A stretch of DNA of 64,000 nucleotides from Chthoniobacterales bacterium (GCA_018883245.1 VEQL01000010.1:9514-73513); one strand, 5' to 3'; counted from the stretch's first letter, positions 48,589 through 58,869 are shown. A program made the numbers and translations. The notes: generated by a model from the sequence alone, not told the origin.

Positions 48589-49929
48589 TCAGGGTTCGCG
48601 ATGCTCCTTGATGAAAGCGGAAAACCACTTGCCGGTGGGTTCGAGCACGCGGTCTTTGGTGCGCGCATCGTAGGAAAACAGGCCGAATTGCCCGGTCCAT
48701 CCCTCTTTCCACTCGTAGTTGTCCACGAGAGTCCATGGAAAATACCCGCGAACATCGACGCCCGATTCGATGGCCCGGCGCAACTGCGCGATATGCTCCC
48801 GGATATATCGGATGCGCTTGCGCTCGCTTTGCGTTCCGAGCCCGTTTTCGGTCACGACGATCGGTTTGCCGTAGCGCGCTTGGACGGTCTTGAGGACGTT
48901 GTAAAGGCCCTCGGGCACGATTTCCCATCCGAGCTGCGTGTAATCCGATGACATCTCGCCGTGCCCCCTGCTGAGGAATCTCAAGATGCTGGCATCCTGC
49001 GCGTAATAATAGTTCACACCGACGACATCCATGGTGTCGGCCACCATATCGAGATGGTCGAAGTTCTGCCTCTGGACAATGTTGTAAACCAGCGCCGTCG
49101 GATCCTGCAGACGGTTGCGCCTCCAATCCGGCAACGAGTAGATGCCCATGATGACAGCGTCGGGACGCTCGCGGCGCACGATCCCGGCGGCCTCGCGGAA
49201 CATGTCGGCCGAAACTTTCATCGCCTTTTTGTAGGCAAACGGACGAAGCAGCAATCCGGGCGGCCAGTGACCCGCGATCCATCCCAGCTGCAGCGCCCCG
49301 TTGGGTTCGTTCTGCGGCACGTAAATACGGACGTAGGGAGCCATCGCTTTCGCCACGCGCGTCACGTGCGCACGCCAGGCCTCGCGCACATCGGGATGCA
49401 GGAAGTTCGATTGCCCCTTGCGTTTGCTGTCATAGAGCCAGTCGGGGAACGTGAAGTGCCAGAGCGTGACCACCGGCTCGATTCCGGCGGCACGGAGATC
49501 ACGCGCCATGCGGACATAGCGTGCAAGCGCCCGCTCGTTGACCACGCCGGGTTTCGGCTCGATGCGGGCCCATTCGACGCCGAATCGGAAATGCGAGACC
49601 CCGAGTTGTTTGAGCGCCACGAGGTCTCGGTCGAAGCGCGACCAAGAGAAGACCGCGTCGTCCCCGCGCACAGGCGCATGCCCTTCCTTCCCGAAAACAT
49701 CCCAGTCGGTCTGGAAATAAAAAGGTGAACCGGGCGGCTCGCCACGATCCTCGTTCTGGAAGCTGGCAGTGGATGTCCCCCACCAGAATTTTTCCTTCGG
49801 CAGCTTCTTGGTCACCGCGGGCGCGGAGGGCGGACGATAGGCCGGCGGCGGGGTCACGCAACCCGCGACAAAAAAAGCCGCGCCGAGCGTCATGCCGATG
49901 CGGAGCGCTTGCCACATGGCGCGGAGCAT
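48589..49929 (-). CDS. Glycoside hydrolase family 1 lipoprotein
   Basis: Lipobox VAGC; FWWGTSTASFQNE, EWARIEP, NEP and TENG catalytic motifs, DNYEW. Confidence 0.92.
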   Translation of the reverse strand: MLRAMWQALRIGMTLGAAFFVAGCVTPPPAYRPPSAPAVTKKLPKEKFWWGTSTASFQNEDRGEPPGSPFYFQTDWDVFGKEGHAPVRGDDAVFSWSRFDRDLVALKQLGVSHFRFGVEWARIEPKPGVVNERALARYVRMARDLRAAGIEPVVTLWHFTFPDWLYDSKRKGQSNFLHPDVREAWRAHVTRVAKAMAPYVRIYVPQNEPNGALQLGWIAGHWPPGLLLRPFAYKKAMKVSADMFREAAGIVRRERPDAVIMGIYSLPDWRRNRLQDPTALVYNIVQRQNFDHLDMVADTMDVVGVNYYYAQDASILRFLSRGHGEMSSDYTQLGWEIVPEGLYNVLKTVQARYGKPIVVTENGLGTQSERKRIRYIREHIAQLRRAIESGVDVRGYFPWTLVDNYEWKEGWTGQFGLFSYDARTKDRVLEPTGKWFSAFIKEHREP

Positions 49930-49943
49930 ATTTAAGTCGGGTC

Positions 49944-50852
49944 ATGACCGCAATACGCCGTGCTGGGATTCTTGCAGCCGCCTTTGCGGGGCTCGCCGCT
50001 CTGCCACTGCACGCCTCCAACCAGCCCGGTATACCGGACCAGCTCGAAATGAAGGACGGACGCTCGCTGCGCGGAATGATCCTCAAGAACAGCGCCGACT
50101 CGGTGCTGTTCCAAACCCGGGATGGCGAGGTCGTGATCCCCAAATCATCCATCCGGCGCATCCGCGAAGAAGCTGACCAGGACGTGTATCTCGCCCAGGT
50201 GACAGGTCGGGGAAAGCTTCCGTCCTGGCAAGCGATCGTCCACGACTTCCGCGACCACGACACCGTCTGGCGCGTCGAACTCATTCCCCCGGTCGCAGTC
50301 CAGTCGGGGGAATTCAAAAACATCCCCTACACGTCGTTCCTCGTGAACAAGCAGGGCCGCATGAACATCTACGGCGATCCCGACAATCCGGTCGCCATCG
50401 AATTCGGGATTTACGGAAAACGCGGACGCAGCAGCAGATACCACCAGATTGTCCGCGAATTCCTGGCCGGTCATCTTTACAGCCGCAAGGAAATCGCCGC
50501 GCTCTACTCGCTTTCGCTTGCCGGCGACACCCACCGGGCGGGGAATCTCGCCTTCAAAATCACACCTCCCACCGCTCCCGGCGCAAACGGCGGATGGTGG
50601 ATCGCCGTCTATGATCCGTCGCGTCTGGCCTCGGCACGCGTGGGAGAAGCGGAATATGCCAAAGTCACCCGCCCGTTCTCCGAGGTGAACAACGCCGACG
50701 GCACATTGCGCCAACTCTCGTCGGCACTTTGGGACAACTGGCTGGTTGCGGCCGTGAGGCAACTTCCCGCCCACATCCCCAAAATCCGCGGATTCTACCG
50801 CGACGAGAACGGCGTTTTCCACGTGATGCGTCTTGACCCGCAGGGCACCTGA
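49944..50852 (+). CDS. Hypothetical secreted protein
   Basis: Signal-peptide-like N-terminus from ATG 49944; DQLEMKDGRSLRGMI motif; fills the gap between GH1 and PLD. Confidence 0.6.
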   Translation: MTAIRRAGILAAAFAGLAALPLHASNQPGIPDQLEMKDGRSLRGMILKNSADSVLFQTRDGEVVIPKSSIRRIREEADQDVYLAQVTGRGKLPSWQAIVHDFRDHDTVWRVELIPPVAVQSGEFKNIPYTSFLVNKQGRMNIYGDPDNPVAIEFGIYGKRGRSSRYHQIVREFLAGHLYSRKEIAALYSLSLAGDTHRAGNLAFKITPPTAPGANGGWWIAVYDPSRLASARVGEAEYAKVTRPFSEVNNADGTLRQLSSALWDNWLVAAVRQLPAHIPKIRGFYRDENGVFHVMRLDPQGT

Positions 50853-50859
50853 GCATCGC

Positions 50860-52026
50860 TCAAAGGTTGCCGTCAAATAGACCCGCCGCAGTTTCCGCGG
50901 CTTTTTGCCACAGCGGCCGCCGATCCCACTCCGCCGGCACAATTTCGCGGGCCCCGTCCAGATCACGCTCGAACATCTCGCGCATCCGTTCCCCCGTGGC
51001 CGGATCGGCCACCAGCAAGTTCAGCTCGTAATTGCGCGTCATGGAAAGCGGATCGAGGTTGCTCGATCCGACGAGTGTCATCTGCGCGTCGGCAACCGCC
51101 GTTTTCGCATGCACCATCATGCCCCGCCACTCGTAGATGCGCACGCCGGCCGCCATCAGACGCGCGTAGCGGCGGCGTGCCGAAGCAGAAGCGAAAGGAT
51201 GGTTGTTGTTTCCGGGCAAAAGAAATCTCACGCGGACACCGCGGCGTGCCGCGGATTCGACCGCAGCCACTACGGGCTCAGGCGTGACGAGATAGGCGTC
51301 GGTGATGTCGAGACTCTGCCGCGCCTCGACAGCAAGCCGGATGTAAATCTCCGCAACATGGTGGGCACCCGGTTGGTCCGCCGCCACCAGACCGCAAGGC
51401 ATGCCCGGGCAAGATGCGGAATGAACGGCCGGTGCCGGAAGATCCTCCCCGTCCGCACGGCTCCACATGGCATCGAATGCGATTTCAACGTCGCCCACCA
51501 CACTGCCGCGAACCATCAGTGCCGTGTCGCGCCAGTTGTGCCCCCCTTCATCGTGCCCGGCCCAATTGTCGCTGATGCAAAGTCCGCCCACCACGGCGAC
51601 CTCGCCGTCCACGACCATGGTTTTACGATGATCACGGTGGCGCAATCGGGGCCACGTTCCCGGCGATAACAGCGAAACGGGACGGAATGAGCGCGCCCTT
51701 ACGTCCTGCCGCGCAAGTTCCCTCGCCGCCGATCCGCCTTTGACCATCATCGTGCCGATCGGGTCGTAAAGCACCCGGACTTCGACGCCACGGCGGGCCG
51801 CAGCACCCATCGCCCCGGCAAACCGGCGGCCGGTGCGGTCACCCGCAAAAATGAAATTTTCGAACCACACCGACTTCCGCGCGCCGGCGATGAGATCGAG
51901 CATCACCGGAAATGCCTGGCTGCCGTCCTGGAGGATGCATGCCTCCGACAAAGGTCGCCATGGCGCGGAGGCCCGCCGCGACAGGTCGGTGAGCACGGAG
52001 TCGGAAAGCAGCGGCGAGGTTTGCAT
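50860..52026 (-). CDS. Phospholipase D family protein (cardiolipin synthase ClsB-like)
   Basis: Two HKD motifs, HRKTMVVD and HAKTAVAD..GSSNLD; no N-terminal TMs; start approximate. Confidence 0.88.
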   Translation of the reverse strand: MQTSPLLSDSVLTDLSRRASAPWRPLSEACILQDGSQAFPVMLDLIAGARKSVWFENFIFAGDRTGRRFAGAMGAAARRGVEVRVLYDPIGTMMVKGGSAARELARQDVRARSFRPVSLLSPGTWPRLRHRDHRKTMVVDGEVAVVGGLCISDNWAGHDEGGHNWRDTALMVRGSVVGDVEIAFDAMWSRADGEDLPAPAVHSASCPGMPCGLVAADQPGAHHVAEIYIRLAVEARQSLDITDAYLVTPEPVVAAVESAARRGVRVRFLLPGNNNHPFASASARRRYARLMAAGVRIYEWRGMMVHAKTAVADAQMTLVGSSNLDPLSMTRNYELNLLVADPATGERMREMFERDLDGAREIVPAEWDRRPLWQKAAETAAGLFDGNL

Positions 52027-52127
52027 CTGCGGAGTTCCGCAAAAATCATAAACAGCCCCGCGCATTTGGCCAGAACCGCCCGTTTCCCGGTTTGCCAAAA
52101 AAGGCGCGCAAGCTAACCTTCCCGCCG

Positions 52128-53579
52128 ATGCTTACCAGTGTGCGCACCGCCGCCATTCTTTTTGCCGCCGTGGCATGCGCAGGGGCGCAGAGCGCGCCCG
52201 GCCCGGCGCAGAGCATGGTGCGCATCGCCACCACAGCGCAGCAACCCGACTACGCGACACCCTGGAATCCGGGCGGCGTCGAACGCGGCGTCGGCTCCGG
52301 ATTCGTCATCGACGGCGAACGCATCCTCACCAACGCCCACGTGGTCAGCAACGCCACGTTCATTTCCGTCGTCAAAGAGGGCGATCCCACGCTCTGGCCG
52401 GCGCGGGTGCTGCATGTCGCGCACGACTGCGACCTCGCGCTGCTCGAGGTTTACGACAAGGCCGCTTTTTTCAACGGCACCAAGGCCCTGCAATTCGGCG
52501 GCATCCCCGCGCTTGAATCGACCGTGAGCGTTTACGGCTACCCGATCGGCGGCGACCGGTTGTCCGTCACCCGCGGTATCGTCTCGCGCATCGACTTCCA
52601 GCCCTACAGTCACTCCGAAGTCGACAGCCACCTGGCCATCCAGATCGACGCGGCGATCAACCCCGGCAACAGCGGTGGTCCCGTCTTGCAGGACGGCAAG
52701 GTCGTCGGCGTCGCCTTCCAAGGCTACAGCGGCGCGGTGGCGCAAAACGTCGGCTACATGATTCCCGTGCCGGTCATCAAAAGATTTCTCAAGGACATCG
52801 AGGACGGCTCCTACGACCGATACATGGACCTCGCCGCCACGTATTTCCCGCTCGTGAACCCCGCGCAGCGCGCGGCCCTCGGACTCACGGAACCCGACAA
52901 CGGCGTCCTCATCGGCAGCGTGTTCGACGGCGGGTCTTCGGACGGAAAATTGCAAAGCGGCGACGTCATTCTCTCGGTGGACGGGCTGAAAGTTTACGCC
53001 GACGGCAAGATCGACCTCGAGGGGGAGCGCGTCGAGATGGCCGAGGTTTTCGAGCGCAAATTCAAAGGCGACAAAGTCGCTCTCGAGATCCTGCGCAACG
53101 GGCAAAAGCAGAATGTCGAGCTGGTCCTCGCCCGCCCGTGGCCTTTCGACATGCAGGCGCGGTCCTATGACAAACGTCCGCGCTTCGTTCTCATGGGCGG
53201 CCTGCTCTTCCAGCCTCTGAGCCGCGACTTTCTCGACGCCAAAAAAGTCTCCGATCTCCGGCTCCGATACTTTTTCGACTTTTTCGTGACGGACAACCTT
53301 TACCGCGAACATCCCGAGGTGGTCGTCTTGAGCGAGATTTTGCCCGATCCGGTAAACACCTATTTCATGCCTTTCAAGGGCGGCATCGTGGAGAGCATCA
53401 ACGGCCGCAAGATCCGCTCGCTGCAGGACGTGGCCCAGGCGCTCGACGAACCCGGGGAATTCCACGTCATCGAACTTCTCGGTGAAGGGCGCCCGATCGT
53501 CCTCGACCGCTCGGCACTTCCCGAGGCCGACCGGCGCATCAAAGAGCGCTACAACGTCTCGACCGACCGCAATTTGTGA
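52128..53579 (+). CDS. Deg/HtrA serine protease (plant Deg2-like, two PDZ domains)
   Basis: Signal peptide; GSGF, TNAHVV, CDLA, INPGNSGGP; GGLLFQPL. Confidence 0.92.
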   Translation: MLTSVRTAAILFAAVACAGAQSAPGPAQSMVRIATTAQQPDYATPWNPGGVERGVGSGFVIDGERILTNAHVVSNATFISVVKEGDPTLWPARVLHVAHDCDLALLEVYDKAAFFNGTKALQFGGIPALESTVSVYGYPIGGDRLSVTRGIVSRIDFQPYSHSEVDSHLAIQIDAAINPGNSGGPVLQDGKVVGVAFQGYSGAVAQNVGYMIPVPVIKRFLKDIEDGSYDRYMDLAATYFPLVNPAQRAALGLTEPDNGVLIGSVFDGGSSDGKLQSGDVILSVDGLKVYADGKIDLEGERVEMAEVFERKFKGDKVALEILRNGQKQNVELVLARPWPFDMQARSYDKRPRFVLMGGLLFQPLSRDFLDAKKVSDLRLRYFFDFFVTDNLYREHPEVVVLSEILPDPVNTYFMPFKGGIVESINGRKIRSLQDVAQALDEPGEFHVIELLGEGRPIVLDRSALPEADRRIKERYNVSTDRNL

Positions 53580-55201
53580 TGAATCCGCTCCGCACAGCCG
53601 TCATCGCGCCGCTTCTCGCAGCGCTCGTGCTCAGCTTCGCTCCCGGGACTCAAGCGATGGAAGTTCTTCGGGAAAAATTCGCCGCCGGCACCACGCCCTC
53701 CGCCACCCCCGAGTCCGCCGTTTCGCCGTCGCCAGCACCGGGAGCCACCCCCGAGGAACCGGCCCCGCCACCGGCACCTGCCGTGGCAAAACGGCCTCCG
53801 GTTGTCCGCGTCAACGTCACCCAGCAGTCCTACAGCTTCAGCCAGCCGTGGCGGAAAAACCAGGCCTCGCAACGCCAGGGACTCGGTGTGGTGCTTCCCG
53901 ACGGACGTATTCTCGTCACGGCCGGATTGGTGGCCGACCACACTTACATCGAACTGGAAGAACCCGAAACGGCGCGCAAAGAAAAAGCCGAGCTGGCCGC
54001 TGTGGATTACGAAACAAATCTCGCCCTTCTTTCGGCCCCCGCCGCCGGGTTCCTGCAGAATATTCCCGGCGCCACTCTGGACGAGTCGGCCGGCGTCGGC
54101 AGCCGCGTCGATCTTGTGCAACTCGAAGCCAACGGCGCGCCCGTCAACACCCCTGCGACGCTCACCACCGTGGAAGTCGGCCCCTACGTTCTCGAGGACA
54201 GCGCATTTTTGCTCTTCCGCCTCAGCGTTCCGCTGCAGTCACGCGAAAACAGCTTCACTCTTCCGGTTTTCAAGGACGGCGCGCTCGTCGGCTTGGTCAT
54301 GCGCTACGACCCGCGCACCCAGGCAGCCGACCTCGTGCCTGCCCCCGTCATCGCACGTTTTCTCCAGGTCGCCTCCAAGCAGCCTTACGCGGGATTTCCG
54401 CGGGCCGGGCTCACTTTTTCGGACACGCGCGACCCTCAGCTCCGACGCTATGCCAGGCTGAACAATGGAACCGGCGGCGCTTACATCACCAAAGTCCAGT
54501 CCGGCTCCCCAGCCGAGGCCGCGGGCCTCAAAGTCGGCGACATTCTTCTCCGCGTGGGCGACAAAACCATCGACCAGGACGGAAACTACGAGGACGCGCG
54601 GTTCGGAAAAGTTTCGCTCGCGCACTACGTTTCCACGCTTCTGGAAAGCGGGCAGAAAGTGCCTCTCGCGGTGTGGCGCGACGGTGCCGAGACAAACTTG
54701 GAAATCACGCTCGCGCCCCGCGACCGCGAGGCGATGATCAGCCAGCCCTACACCTTCGACCAACCGCCGAAGTTCGTCATCGTCGGCGGCATTGTCTTCA
54801 CGGAACTCTCCAGGCAGTTCCTGCGCGAATGGGGCCAATCGTGGACGCGGGATGCGCCGCTTCGCCTGCTCTACCTCGACCGCTTCCAAAGCGAACTGCG
54901 GGCGGACCGCGGCAAGATCGTATTCATCAGCGGTGTCCTGTCCGGCCCGAACACCGTGGGCTATGAGGACCTCGCCTACGAGATCGTGGATCAAGTCAAC
55001 GGCCGGCCGGTGCGCAGCCTGGAAGACCTCGCAGCCGCCGTGGACAACCCTCCCGACAAATTCCACCGCATCAAGTTGGCCGAGGACCCGGGCCTCATCA
55101 TCCTTGATGTCGAGGCAAGCAAGGCCGAGGAGAAACGTATCCGCGACCAATACCGCATTCCGAAACTCCGCCAACTTGGCACGGAGAGCAGCAACAACTA
55201 A
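53576..55201 (+). CDS. Deg2-like paralog lacking the catalytic His and Ser motifs (pseudoprotease)
   Basis: Same layout as the upstream gene but VTAGLV, TNLA and RENSFTLP replace TNAHV, DLA and GNSGGP; PDZ domains retained. Confidence 0.8.
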   Translation: MMNPLRTAVIAPLLAALVLSFAPGTQAMEVLREKFAAGTTPSATPESAVSPSPAPGATPEEPAPPPAPAVAKRPPVVRVNVTQQSYSFSQPWRKNQASQRQGLGVVLPDGRILVTAGLVADHTYIELEEPETARKEKAELAAVDYETNLALLSAPAAGFLQNIPGATLDESAGVGSRVDLVQLEANGAPVNTPATLTTVEVGPYVLEDSAFLLFRLSVPLQSRENSFTLPVFKDGALVGLVMRYDPRTQAADLVPAPVIARFLQVASKQPYAGFPRAGLTFSDTRDPQLRRYARLNNGTGGAYITKVQSGSPAEAAGLKVGDILLRVGDKTIDQDGNYEDARFGKVSLAHYVSTLLESGQKVPLAVWRDGAETNLEITLAPRDREAMISQPYTFDQPPKFVIVGGIVFTELSRQFLREWGQSWTRDAPLRLLYLDRFQSELRADRGKIVFISGVLSGPNTVGYEDLAYEIVDQVNGRPVRSLEDLAAAVDNPPDKFHRIKLAEDPGLIILDVEASKAEEKRIRDQYRIPKLRQLGTESSNN

Positions 55202-55214
55202 CACGCCCTTACCC

Positions 55215-56546
55215 ATGTCCGATTCCGTCCGAGTCCGATTCGCCCCGTCGCCCACCGGCTTCCTCCATGTCGGCGGCGCGCGCACCGCCCTTTTCAACTG
55301 GCTGCACGCCCGCCACACCGGCGGCACCTTTGTGCTGCGCATCGAGGACACCGACCGCGAGAGGCACAACGACGAGGCCGTGCGCGCCATTTACGAGGGA
55401 CTCCGATGGCTCGGGCTCGATTGGGACGAGGGCGCGGAAAAGGGCGGCGACTACGGCCCTTATTACCAGAGCGAACGCGGACCCACCTACGAGCGCTACC
55501 TCAAACTTCTCGAGGACAAAGGCATGGTTTACGAGGACGCCGGCGCCCTCCGTTTCCGATCCCCCCGCGAACCGGTCACAGTCCACGACGAGGTGTGCGG
55601 CTCGATCCAGTTCGACCTGTCCAACCCCGGCACGCATCCCGACATGACCATCCGCCGCCCCGACGGCTCCTGGATTTTCCATTTCGTCAACGTGGTCGAT
55701 GACATCGAGATGAAAATCTCCCACGTCATCCGCGGCGAGGATCACCTTTCCAACACGCCCAAGCATCTCGAACTTTACAAGGCGTTCGGCGCGGAGCCTC
55801 CGAAGTTCGCCCACATCCCGCTCATCCTCAATCCCGACGGCGGCAAAATGAGCAAGCGCGACAAAGGTGCCAGCGTGCAAAGCTATATCGAGCAGGGATA
55901 CGCGCCCGAAGCCGTGCGCAATTACCTTTGCCTGCTCGGTTGGTCGCCCAAAGACAATCGCGAGATCTTGCCGATCGAGGAGACCATCGCGCTTTTCGAA
56001 CTCAAGAATATCAACCGCCGCAACGCGGGCTTCGACCTCGACAAATGTTTCTGGATGAACGGGCAATACCTCGCCCAGATGCCGTTGGAACGCTTTGCCG
56101 AACTCGTCATCCCGTTCGTCGACAAAGCCGGAATTGCCTACGAATCACGCCAGGCGCTGCTGCCGGCACTGGCACTGGTGAAAGAAAAAGTGAAACACCT
56201 CACCGATGTGCCATCGTGGATCGAATTTTTCTTCAATGACAACTACGCCTACGACGAGGCTTCGGTGGCGAAGGCCATCCATGCCGACGGCGCGCTCGAG
56301 CGACTCCATGTGCTCGGCGACCGCCTTTCGCGCGTGGAACCGTGGACGGCGGACAACATCGAGGCCGCATTCAAGGAACTCGCCGCAACCCTCGGCGTGA
56401 AGACCGCCCTGCTTGTGCACCCGGCGCGCGTCGCCGCCACGGGCCGCAGCGTCGGACCAAGCCTCTACCACCTCCTCGAGTTGCTCGGATGCGACCGCGT
56501 GCTCGCCCGCTTCAACCGGACACGCGAAAAATTTTCCGCTGCTTAA
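55215..56546 (+). CDS. gltX: Glutamate--tRNA ligase
   Basis: RVRFAPSPTGFLHVGG, LRIEDTD, RGEDH, KMSKR, anticodon-binding C-terminal domain. Confidence 0.96.
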   Translation: MSDSVRVRFAPSPTGFLHVGGARTALFNWLHARHTGGTFVLRIEDTDRERHNDEAVRAIYEGLRWLGLDWDEGAEKGGDYGPYYQSERGPTYERYLKLLEDKGMVYEDAGALRFRSPREPVTVHDEVCGSIQFDLSNPGTHPDMTIRRPDGSWIFHFVNVVDDIEMKISHVIRGEDHLSNTPKHLELYKAFGAEPPKFAHIPLILNPDGGKMSKRDKGASVQSYIEQGYAPEAVRNYLCLLGWSPKDNREILPIEETIALFELKNINRRNAGFDLDKCFWMNGQYLAQMPLERFAELVIPFVDKAGIAYESRQALLPALALVKEKVKHLTDVPSWIEFFFNDNYAYDEASVAKAIHADGALERLHVLGDRLSRVEPWTADNIEAAFKELAATLGVKTALLVHPARVAATGRSVGPSLYHLLELLGCDRVLARFNRTREKFSAA

Positions 56547-56830
56547 CCACTCGATCCCGCGGCCGCATCGTCCTGCATATACAACACGCCACCAAGCGTA
56601 GCGCAGCCCAAGCACAACGCCATGGCAATGAGCCATGGCCATTGCTCTACCACCACGGCACCCATGTTGTGCCACCACGCAGCAATCGCACTCACGTCCC
56701 ACGGATTCAACTGCCATCCCGCGGAAAACACCGCACCCAACAGCCCCGAAGCAAACGCGCAAAAAAGCGCACCATAGCAACCCACGGCTATCAGCACCCA
56801 GGACAGCACAGTCAGCGCTCGCGACCTCAT
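56543..56830 (-). CDS. Small hypothetical membrane protein
   Basis: Hydrophobic helices; ATGA-coupled to 56827-57204; G/T-ending codons. Confidence 0.5.
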   Translation of the reverse strand: MRSRALTVLSWVLIAVGCYGALFCAFASGLLGAVFSAGWQLNPWDVSAIAAWWHNMGAVVVEQWPWLIAMALCLGCATLGGVLYMQDDAAAGSSG

Positions 56831-57204
56831 GGGCCGAAACTAATCCCCGGCTGCACCGAAAGAAAAGGTCGAATGTCCATCAACATCCGCTCCGGCACCT
56901 GCTCACCAGGCACCAAAAGTTTCCACACATACGCCCCCGACGCCGTATCTGTCGCCGTGATCCGCTGCGGCCGCACCGGTCGCCCGCTCTCCGTAGTCCG
57001 CACCCGCACCGCGATCGGCGCCACTCCCACATACTCACCATTGCGCTCCACATAACCATTGCGCGGAATCGTCTGCACCAATACCTCCCGCCAATGCTCC
57101 TCATATTCCGGACCCGCTAACGGCTCCGGCCTCGCTACGCACCCCGCCAGCACCACCATCAAAGCGGGGCCAACTCGTGAACAAGAGCGCGATAATATCG
57201 CCAT
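56827..57204 (-). CDS. Small hypothetical lipoprotein
   Basis: LAGC lipobox after a hydrophobic stretch; coupled to the downstream ORF. Confidence 0.55.
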   Translation of the reverse strand: MAILSRSCSRVGPALMVVLAGCVARPEPLAGPEYEEHWREVLVQTIPRNGYVERNGEYVGVAPIAVRVRTTESGRPVRPQRITATDTASGAYVWKLLVPGEQVPERMLMDIRPFLSVQPGISFGP

Positions 57205-57252
57205 GTTATCTTAATATTTTCCGCCCCGGCCTGAGCCCTGCCCCGGGGCCGT

Positions 57253-58056
57253 TCACTCGCCCTCGGCAGCGCCGCGCCCCGCGTAATCGCAGACTCCGCG
57301 TTTCTTCGCCTCGCGGACGAAGGCGAAAAGCTCTTCCGCCCGCGCACCCCACGGGCCGGGCGCCGCCGCCTCGAGGGCCTGGGAAATGTTCAGCCCGGAC
57401 AAATATAGCAGGCGGAAAGCACGTTTGATCTCGGCCCGCTCCTCGGCCGAAAAACCGGCGCGACGCAACCCTACCGCGTTGATTCCGGCCACATGGTTTT
57501 CACCCGTGGCGACGAGGAACGGGGGGATGTCTTTGCTGAACCGGCATCCGCCGCGCACCATGGCGAGCGTTCCGATCCGCATGAACTGGTGAAACACGTT
57601 GCCGCCGCCGAGGAAGCATCTGTCCCCGATGTGCACATGCCCGGCCGTCAGCGCGTTGTTGGCCATGATCACCCCGTTGCCGACAACATTGTCGTGGGCA
57701 AGATGGCAGCCGGTCATGATGAAATTCCCGTCGCCCACCGTCGTGTCGCCGTTTTCTTTCGTGGCACGGTGGATGGTGACGTATTCGCGGATCGTGTTGC
57801 CGCGGCCGATACGGACGCCGGTGTCGCGCCGCGCGGGATCGAAGCCCAGATCCTGCGGGTTCGCGCCGAGGATCGAACCGTGGCCCACCTTTGTCCCATC
57901 GCCGAGAACCACGCGGTTCTCGAGGATAACGTAGGCGCCGAGCACGCACCCGGACCCGAGCACCGACCGGGAGCTGACGATGGACCCGGGACCGATCTCG
58001 ACATCGGCACCCAGCACGGCCCCGTCGGCCACGATCGCGGTGGGATGGATTTTCAT
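57253..58056 (-). CDS. lpxA: Acyl-ACP--UDP-N-acetylglucosamine O-acyltransferase
   Basis: IHPTAIV, hexapeptide repeats, PQDL, IREYVTIHRAT, HLAHD, GINAVGLRRAGF. Confidence 0.95.
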   Translation of the reverse strand: MKIHPTAIVADGAVLGADVEIGPGSIVSSRSVLGSGCVLGAYVILENRVVLGDGTKVGHGSILGANPQDLGFDPARRDTGVRIGRGNTIREYVTIHRATKENGDTTVGDGNFIMTGCHLAHDNVVGNGVIMANNALTAGHVHIGDRCFLGGGNVFHQFMRIGTLAMVRGGCRFSKDIPPFLVATGENHVAGINAVGLRRAGFSAEERAEIKRAFRLLYLSGLNISQALEAAAPGPWGARAEELFAFVREAKKRGVCDYAGRGAAEGE

Positions 58057-58754
58057 AAAAGTCCGTGCTCTTTGAAGCTGAAGTAGGGTTGCGCCCCCTC
58101 GCGCTCGCGCCCGATGATGACATGGTCGAGCAGATGAATCTGCAATAATTCCGCCGCTTCGCGGATTCGCCGCGTCAACGCCCGGTCCGCCTCGCTCGGG
58201 GCCGGATCGCCCGAGGGGTGATTGTGGACAAGCACGAAAGCATAGGCACCGTGGCTGATGGCCGGTCGGAGGATTTCGCGCGGATGGGCAAGGCTTTCGT
58301 TGAGCGTGCCGAGCGAAACTTCTTCGTCATGCACCAGCCTGTGCCGCGTGTCCAACAGCACGATTCGCAGCGACTCCCGGGCAAGGCCCTGCAACTGCGG
58401 CGCCATGAATTCGTAAATCTTGTCCGGGGTTGCCAACGGCTCGCTGCGGGCCTTCTGACGCGCGACCCTCTTGCCCAGTTCGAAAGCAGCCTCCAACTCG
58501 CAGGCTTTCGCCGGACCGACACCCTTGGCCAGCTTCCGGAGCTGTTTCGCTTTCATCTCCGCCATGCGTCCAAGCGACCCTCCTGCGGCAGCGAGCATAT
58601 CCGAGGCCACCTCGACGACACCCTTTTCACGCGTGCCGGTGCGCAGAAAAATGGCCAGCAACTCCGCATCGCTCAGCGCCCCCGCCCCGCGATCGATGAG
58701 CTTCTCCCGCGGCCGCTCGCTCTCCGGAAGATCCTTGATGGACGGCGATTCCAT
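58053..58754 (-). CDS. radC: RadC/JAB-domain protein (full-length, with HhH N-terminus)
   Basis: ERPREKL..LSDAELLAI, HPRE, VHNHPSGDPAPSEAD, LLDHVII. Confidence 0.95.
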   Translation of the reverse strand: MESPSIKDLPESERPREKLIDRGAGALSDAELLAIFLRTGTREKGVVEVASDMLAAAGGSLGRMAEMKAKQLRKLAKGVGPAKACELEAAFELGKRVARQKARSEPLATPDKIYEFMAPQLQGLARESLRIVLLDTRHRLVHDEEVSLGTLNESLAHPREILRPAISHGAYAFVLVHNHPSGDPAPSEADRALTRRIREAAELLQIHLLDHVIIGREREGAQPYFSFKEHGLL

Positions 58755-58817
58755 CCCCCGGAAGTTAACGGCTGCCGCGTGAAGCAGAAGCCGAAAACCG
58801 CACGCGCTGCCGGGAAC

Positions 58818-58849
58818 AAAAAACCGGCGGCCCTTGCGGACCGCCGGTT
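58818..58849 (-). terminator. Rho-independent terminator after the SWIB gene
   Basis: AACCGGCGG..CCGCCGGTT stem followed by a T-run on the minus strand. Confidence 0.75.
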
Positions 58850-58869
58850 GTGAGGAAATAACCGGGAGG

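Noticed and set aside
58053..58754. RadC as a marker of a mobile element
   Set aside because: Full-length chromosomal form coupled to lpxA; no mobility genes nearby
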